Made by a program: the position numbers and the translations under genes. Shown in pieces: positions 63,985 to 64,000 of a stretch of 64,000 nucleotides of DNA (positions within the stretch are counted from its first letter, which is position 1; every line of letters begins with the position of its first letter). A model generated the notes under the pieces. The model saw only the letters and a list, made by a program, of their open reading frames with translations. It searched no databases and was not told where the DNA came from. This stretch comes from a virus. Its lineage: Duplodnaviria > Caudoviricetes. The stretch lies in IMG/VR virus record IMGVR_UViG_3300034106_004043; one strand, given 5' to 3'.

Positions 63985-64000
63985 ATTTAATATCCTCTAA

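Noticed and set aside
1-64000. Alternative genetic code (stop-codon recoding)
   Set aside because: Standard-code ORFs tile the window with full-length recognisable proteins.
1-64000. tRNA, rRNA, integrase, transposase, intron or intein
   Set aside because: No cloverleaf/T-loop pattern, terminal repeats or such domains seen by eye; tRNAscan and Infernal were not run.
1-64000. Bacterial chromosome (LPS locus plus rpoD/dnaJ) or eukaryotic giant virus
   Set aside because: No wzx/wzy, ribosomal or typical housekeeping synteny. The short primase, gp46/47-like pair, baseplate-type genes and many small hypothetical genes point to a phage, and the bacterial sigma and promoters exclude a eukaryotic virus. 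No capsid or terminase gene lies in this window, so the phage call remains an inference.

Overview
This is an AT-rich, gene-dense fragment, mostly on the minus strand. It reads best as part of a large tailed dsDNA phage of a Bacteroidota host; this is inference. Host evidence: a Bacteroidota-type sigma70 without region 1.1, TAnnTTTG promoters, a Bacteroidota-type Hc1 protein, SprB-like repeats and signal peptides ending S-Q. Blocks: (1) 0.6-3.6 kb, a Dam-family methylase, probable head proteins and a candidate ncRNA. (2) 3.8-15.6 kb, a ten-gene glycan synthesis/tailoring cluster, including a GT4 fused to a TibC/AAH-type heptosyltransferase domain and a MaoC + AntD-like acyltransferase + DegT aminotransferase trio. 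(3) 15.7-26 kb, DnaJ, Hc1, acidic probable virion proteins, a lysis-like block and the sigma factor. (4) 26-34.3 kb and 37.1-37.7 kb, Rad50/Mre11, a putative type II R-M pair, an exonuclease, a primase and RuvC. (5) 34.4-62.3 kb, a virion appendage region with Pro-Thr-linked modular proteins, three tandem glycine-rich paralogues and a 4135-aa protein with about 3760 residues of proline-free Gly-Ser/Thr-Ser/Thr triplets; an HtrL-type glycosyltransferase follows. Best candidate for an undescribed system: a phage-encoded glycosylated giant fibre, formally parallel to the Bacillus BclA/anthrose system. All family calls come from motif recognition by eye; no database search was run.
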